37,980 nucleotides of DNA from positions 1-37,980 of the forward strand of contig JAGLRY010000204.1 in NCBI GenBank assembly GCA_023135995.1, written 5' to 3'. Origin of the DNA: Candidatus Aminicenantes bacterium. GTDB taxonomy: Bacteria > Acidobacteriota > Aminicenantia > Aminicenantales > Aminicenantaceae. The position numbers and the translations under genes were made by a program. The notes beneath the pieces are model-generated. The model was not told the origin of the DNA. It ran no database searches and saw only the letters and a program-made list of their open reading frames with translations. Shown in pieces: positions 34,316 through 37,980 of the stretch (position 1 is the stretch's first letter; each line of letters opens with the position of its first letter).

Positions 34316-35441
34316 TTGTTTTCTCCTTGAGAAATATCGGATTTGATAGGATCCAGGGAAAATTATTCTTCATCGGAGTCCTCTCTTTCAAATATACCTC
34401 CACACGGTATATCCCCGGCCTGTTCGTCACCGGATAGGACCATGTCCCTTCATGAGATCGAAACACGGGGATCCCGTTACGGAGGAGTCGCGCTTCAAGT
34501 TCCACTCCTATGGGCATTGCCGCGTGTAAAGCAGTCTGTGGCCCGATGAACACATTGTTTCCCATTGGGGAGATCTTGTCCCCCTGTTCCGCCCAAAACC
34601 GGAATCCCTTCGCCTGGGCCGCCGCTTCCACTGCGTTGTAGAAGTTTCCGCGGTGCAAGGCATTAAACACTTGGCGTTTGGCTGTGTCGAACTCCTTTGA
34701 AAGGGGCTTGGAAAGTGGGATGTGCAGGTGGAGAGAGGAAAACAGCGTACTGTAGAGGAGATGGGCGTCGACGCTGTAATAACCGAAAATGGGCTGGCTC
34801 TCATTAAGAGAATCCCACTTCAAAAGGTTCCTCTCGGGCCGGGCGAGCACCTTGAGGAAAACAAATTTGGGATTGATAAGAAGAGCCGGGAGGTATAGCA
34901 GGGACAAGGGGAGACTCTGTCGCAGCATGCTGTCTGCGCTTATGATCTCGACACCACTGTAATCTGCTTCTGGCCCCCAACTCCACTGCACCTTCGAATA
35001 GGGATGGGCGATGACAGTAAACCCGCCCAAAACACGAACTTGGTGAACCGCTTCCTCAGCGTTGGAAGAAAATGATGATGCGGGGGCATCGAAACCCAAT
35101 GCGACAAGGTGGCCTCTGTTTTCTGAAAGTTCAGACCCAGACAGAACGAGAACACCCTCCTTCCACCCTTCGCTGGCGAGAGATTCATAATTAGGGCTCC
35201 CGTGATCGGTGATCACGATAAAATCCAGAGAATTGTCAGAGGCACATCGGACGATTTGTTCTACGGATTTCTTTCCGTCCGAATAGGTGGAGTGGATATG
35301 AAAAACACCGGCCACTTCAAAAGAGGAATTTTTAAGGGGGACCGTTGTGTAGGATTTGAAGGTGATCAGATGGAACGCCAACCAGAGGAGATAGACCGAT
35401 ACTAAAAACAAGAATACCGAGAGGATCTTTCTCTTTCTCAT
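34308..35441 (-). CDS. membrane-anchored PHP-domain metallophosphoesterase (CehA/McbA-like)
   Basis: 377 aa. The N-terminal anchor is MRKRKILSVFLFLVSVYLLWLAFHLI. PHP motifs are GVFHIHSTYSDG, FIVITDHG, GSELS..GHLVALG and VIAHP. Both junctions overlap: ATGA with the upstream gene and 8 nt with hldA. Confidence 0.7.
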   Translation of the reverse strand: MRKRKILSVFLFLVSVYLLWLAFHLITFKSYTTVPLKNSSFEVAGVFHIHSTYSDGKKSVEQIVRCASDNSLDFIVITDHGSPNYESLASEGWKEGVLVLSGSELSENRGHLVALGFDAPASSFSSNAEEAVHQVRVLGGFTVIAHPYSKVQWSWGPEADYSGVEIISADSMLRQSLPLSLLYLPALLINPKFVFLKVLARPERNLLKWDSLNESQPIFGYYSVDAHLLYSTLFSSLHLHIPLSKPLSKEFDTAKRQVFNALHRGNFYNAVEAAAQAKGFRFWAEQGDKISPMGNNVFIGPQTALHAAMPIGVELEARLLRNGIPVFRSHEGTWSYPVTNRPGIYRVEVYLKERTPMKNNFPWILSNPIFLKEKTND

Positions 35442-36616
35442 GGGCTGTTGTTTAAGTCTGGGGTGTCCGATTTTTCCAGGTTACGGGCTTGGGCAAAGGG
35501 AATGGTTATTATGTAGAAGAACAGAGCGGCGACTTCCGCATCGGCGAAGTTGTACTCGAAAAATCCGGCAGCAAAATGGGCGAGAAAGGCAGCGATTGCA
35601 GCAACGGTAAGAGGGAAAAGCGTAGGATCTTTGTTCGGGACGAGCTTTATAAGAGAAATTAAGAGCCAAACCAAAAACACGAACCAGACCAGGAGAGTGG
35701 GAATCCCCCGTTCAGCCGCGATCTGAAGGATGTTGTTGTGAAGATGTACATTCTGTTTAGCCTCTTCAGAGAGGCCGTATTTTGGGTTTTGGAACTCCAT
35801 TTCTACCGTATTCGGACCTGTTCCGAAGATGGGGTATTCTTTAATGATTTTTATTCCTGCATTCAAGTACTCGAGCCTTTGCGCGTTGGAATAGCTTCTT
35901 GTGCTGAATATGCTTAAAGCTCTATTTTTGACCTCTTTGGGGCTGAGAAACAGAATGAGTGCTGTCGCTATGGGAATGATGATCAGGGTTTTAGGTTTGA
36001 AGAAGAAGAGAATCACCGAAGTGGCAATGATCATTCCGATCCAAGCACTCCGTGTGGATGTCAGGATGAGGATGAGTACGGACAGAAGAAATCCCAACCC
36101 CCAGAAAAACCGGGCCTTGTCGCGCGAAAAGATGAATATACTCAGTGCCAAAGCGCCGAACAGAAGCATGACGCCGGCCTGAGTCATGTAATGCCCCATG
36201 AAACCCTGGACTCTTTCTCCGGGGGCAGCCTTGAACACGTAGGTGAACAGAGAGTAGAAAATGCTCACGTAAGCGGAAGCCAGGAGGGCCAAGTTCGCTC
36301 TCTTGATTTCGTTCGTCTGCCGCAAACCCATATAGACAATGGGGATGATGAGAAAGAGAAGGAGGTCTTTGGAATCGATCAGGCTGACTCCTGGATTGAC
36401 GGAGAAAAAGGATGCCAGGATGGAGAGGGCACAATAAACGATCATTCCCCAAAAAAAAGGGGGGAAGCTGACCTTTATTTGCTTTTTAGCAACGAGAATC
36501 ACCAAAACGACAAAAGCATGGGCCAAAAAGATCTGACTCAGGGAGATCGACACCATGGAGAACAGGACAAAGAGAGTGATAAAAAGAGGCAGTAATCTGG
36601 CCAGCTTCTTCGTCAT
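35438..36616 (-). CDS. O-antigen ligase (Wzy_C) family polytopic membrane protein
   Basis: 392 aa with about 10-11 TM segments. The signature STRSAWIGMIIA is followed by a periplasmic loop containing NVHLHNNILQIAAERG. Confidence 0.75.
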   Translation of the reverse strand: MTKKLARLLPLFITLFVLFSMVSISLSQIFLAHAFVVLVILVAKKQIKVSFPPFFWGMIVYCALSILASFFSVNPGVSLIDSKDLLLFLIIPIVYMGLRQTNEIKRANLALLASAYVSIFYSLFTYVFKAAPGERVQGFMGHYMTQAGVMLLFGALALSIFIFSRDKARFFWGLGFLLSVLILILTSTRSAWIGMIIATSVILFFFKPKTLIIIPIATALILFLSPKEVKNRALSIFSTRSYSNAQRLEYLNAGIKIIKEYPIFGTGPNTVEMEFQNPKYGLSEEAKQNVHLHNNILQIAAERGIPTLLVWFVFLVWLLISLIKLVPNKDPTLFPLTVAAIAAFLAHFAAGFFEYNFADAEVAALFFYIITIPFAQARNLEKSDTPDLNNSP

Positions 36617-36667
36617 ATTATCACCGATCTTTTTGAAAGAGAATGATATAACACCCGTCCAAAAAAC

Positions 36668-37732
36668 TCAAACTTGGATATAGGGAAGGCAGGCATTGGT
36701 GACTTCGTCAGGGGAGATGGTCCGCAGGCAGCGGAAGTCTTCGTGGATACACTGGCGTTGTCGGCAGGGCCTGCAATCGAAGTCTTTCTCGAGCAAAGTG
36801 GATTGCGCCTTCCATGGTCCGAAGTGAGCGGGTAGTGTGGGCCCGAAATAGGCTACGATCGGTGTGGGCGTGGTTGCGGCGATGTGCATGGGACCGCTGT
36901 CTGGGCCGACAAAGAGCGACGAAAGCGATACAAGCTCTCTCAACTCGCGGAGGTTGAGCCGGTTCACCATGGAGAGAAAGGGAGCCTCACTCGTCTTTTT
37001 TATCTCCTCTTCAGCCTGCCTATCTTCTTCTGAGCCGATGAGAACGATTTTCACTCGAGGGACCTGGGAGAGAAGTGTGATCAGTCGTGCGAGCCTCTCA
37101 GCCCCCCAATCACGGAATTCATTCCCCGCGCTGATATGGAGAGTGATGATCTTTGTGTTTTCAAGAGCGTTTTCTTGAATGAAGCGCCGGATGTTTTCGG
37201 CCTCGGACCGTGTGGACGGGGGCAGCGACAACGCAGGGAGCGAGCGAGGATTGATCCCTAAGGCCTTGACCAAATTGACGTGATTTTCCACGCTGTGGAA
37301 ATACCCTTCTTCGGGCTCTCTTGGAAGCTTGATGTCATAGATAAAGTTTTTGTACTTTATTCGGTATCCGATTTTTAGGCGTGCTCCGGAAAAGAATGTC
37401 AGAAGCGAGGCTCTTGGGCCACCGTGGAAGTCGATGACCACATCGTAGGCATCCCGCCTGATTTGGCGCATATGTTTCCGGAATTCTTTGAATCCCAGAT
37501 GTCTTGGGAGAACGATAACTCTGTCCAAGTCGGGATGGCCCTCCACGAGTTCTCTGTAGGGTTCATCAATGACATAGGTGATCTTTGTCTTGGGGAAGCC
37601 CTCTCTGAGAGCGGTGATGGCGGGCGTTGTCATAACGACATCGCCGATCCTCCTGAGCCGGATCAGAAGAATCCTTTGAATCCTGGATGGATCAATCTTT
37701 GGTTTCTCTCTCGGGTTCAATGGTCGCCTCAT
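36668..37732 (-). CDS. glycosyltransferase family 9 (LPS heptosyltransferase)
   Basis: 354 aa with ILLIRLRRIGDVVMTTPAITALRE, HISAGNEFRDW and FVGPDSGPMHIAAT. The specificity (WaaC or WaaF type) cannot be resolved. Confidence 0.82.
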   Translation of the reverse strand: MRRPLNPREKPKIDPSRIQRILLIRLRRIGDVVMTTPAITALREGFPKTKITYVIDEPYRELVEGHPDLDRVIVLPRHLGFKEFRKHMRQIRRDAYDVVIDFHGGPRASLLTFFSGARLKIGYRIKYKNFIYDIKLPREPEEGYFHSVENHVNLVKALGINPRSLPALSLPPSTRSEAENIRRFIQENALENTKIITLHISAGNEFRDWGAERLARLITLLSQVPRVKIVLIGSEEDRQAEEEIKKTSEAPFLSMVNRLNLRELRELVSLSSLFVGPDSGPMHIAATTPTPIVAYFGPTLPAHFGPWKAQSTLLEKDFDCRPCRQRQCIHEDFRCLRTISPDEVTNACLPYIQV

Positions 37733-37880
37733 CGCTGAGCATAATGGGGATGTCTTCCTTTATGGGATAGACACGGGAGCAACTCATACATTTGAGGCCT
37801 TTCTCATCCGTCGTTAATTTTATATCTCCCTGACAGACCGGGCAGGCCAGGATATCAAGAAGTTGTTGGTCGATGGCCAT
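37692..37880 (-). CDS. Trm112/YcaR-family small zinc-ribbon protein
   Basis: LLDILACPVCQGDIKL...GLKCMSCSRVYPIKEDIPIML is the Trm112 (UPF0434) signature. ATG 37880 is preferred over the ORF opening at 37901. Confidence 0.8.
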   Translation of the reverse strand: MAIDQQLLDILACPVCQGDIKLTTDEKGLKCMSCSRVYPIKEDIPIMLSDEATIEPERETKD

Positions 37881-37980
37881 TTTCTTTCTCCTGGCTACCA
37901 TCTTATCTTATCTGCTGTTTCTCAGTCAATGGATTGCTCCTTTGCCTGAGGTTTCTTATTAACCTGGATTATTCACGAGT

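Noticed and set aside
1-37980. A window-wide look for CRISPR arrays, tandem repeats, transposases or integrases, phage genes, toxin-antitoxin pairs and defence genes.
   Set aside because: None were seen. Every sizeable ORF has a housekeeping or envelope-biogenesis assignment. The only repeated sequence I noticed is the L/R hairpin element pair.

Overview
This window is a compact stretch of a bacterial chromosome made almost entirely of core housekeeping and cell-envelope genes. I found no defence system, CRISPR array, prophage, transposase or toxin-antitoxin module.

Plus strand, left to right:
- A metallophosphoesterase.
- tRNA-Val(GAC) behind a near-consensus promoter.
- thrS-infC-rpmI-rplT-pheS-pheT, then zapB-like and zapA.
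- rny-ymdB.
- xseA-xseB-ispA-dxs-tlyA-nadK.
- glgA, trxA and trxB.

Minus strand: a split F-ATPase membrane operon (atpZ-atpI-atpB-atpE) runs on into a YihY-family gene and an isolated lpxD.

Plus strand again:
- lptD.
- A dTDP-sugar cluster: long-form rmlA, short rmlC-like, rmlB and two tandem Rmd-like SDRs, with no rmlD.
- A PrsA/SurA-like lipoprotein PPIase.

Minus strand: purF, then an LPS-core operon (Trm112-like, GT9 heptosyltransferase, O-antigen-ligase family, membrane-anchored PHP phosphoesterase, heptose-7-P kinase).

The organism clearly makes LPS (lpxD, lptD, heptose genes), yet much of the housekeeping gene order resembles Bacillus. I cannot assign a taxon from the sequence alone.

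The only structure that gene annotation does not explain is a pair of related long-hairpin intergenic repeats at 30138-30291 and 33018-33315. They lie in inverted orientation and bracket the PPIase-purF segment, exactly at the seam between the two sugar/LPS clusters. The longer copy carries an extra 178-nt insert with mutually exclusive perfect hairpins.

The other observations are modest:
- an AUU start for infC
- an 86-nt infC/rpmI overlap
- a PheT that lacks the B2 OB-fold domain
- a signal-peptide-like extension on ATP synthase subunit c
- possible leaderless promoters for glgA and lptD
- an unassigned 188-nt spacer after zapA
- a translationally coupled PHP-domain protein inside the LPS-core operon

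All function calls rest on motif recognition by eye. No searches were run.
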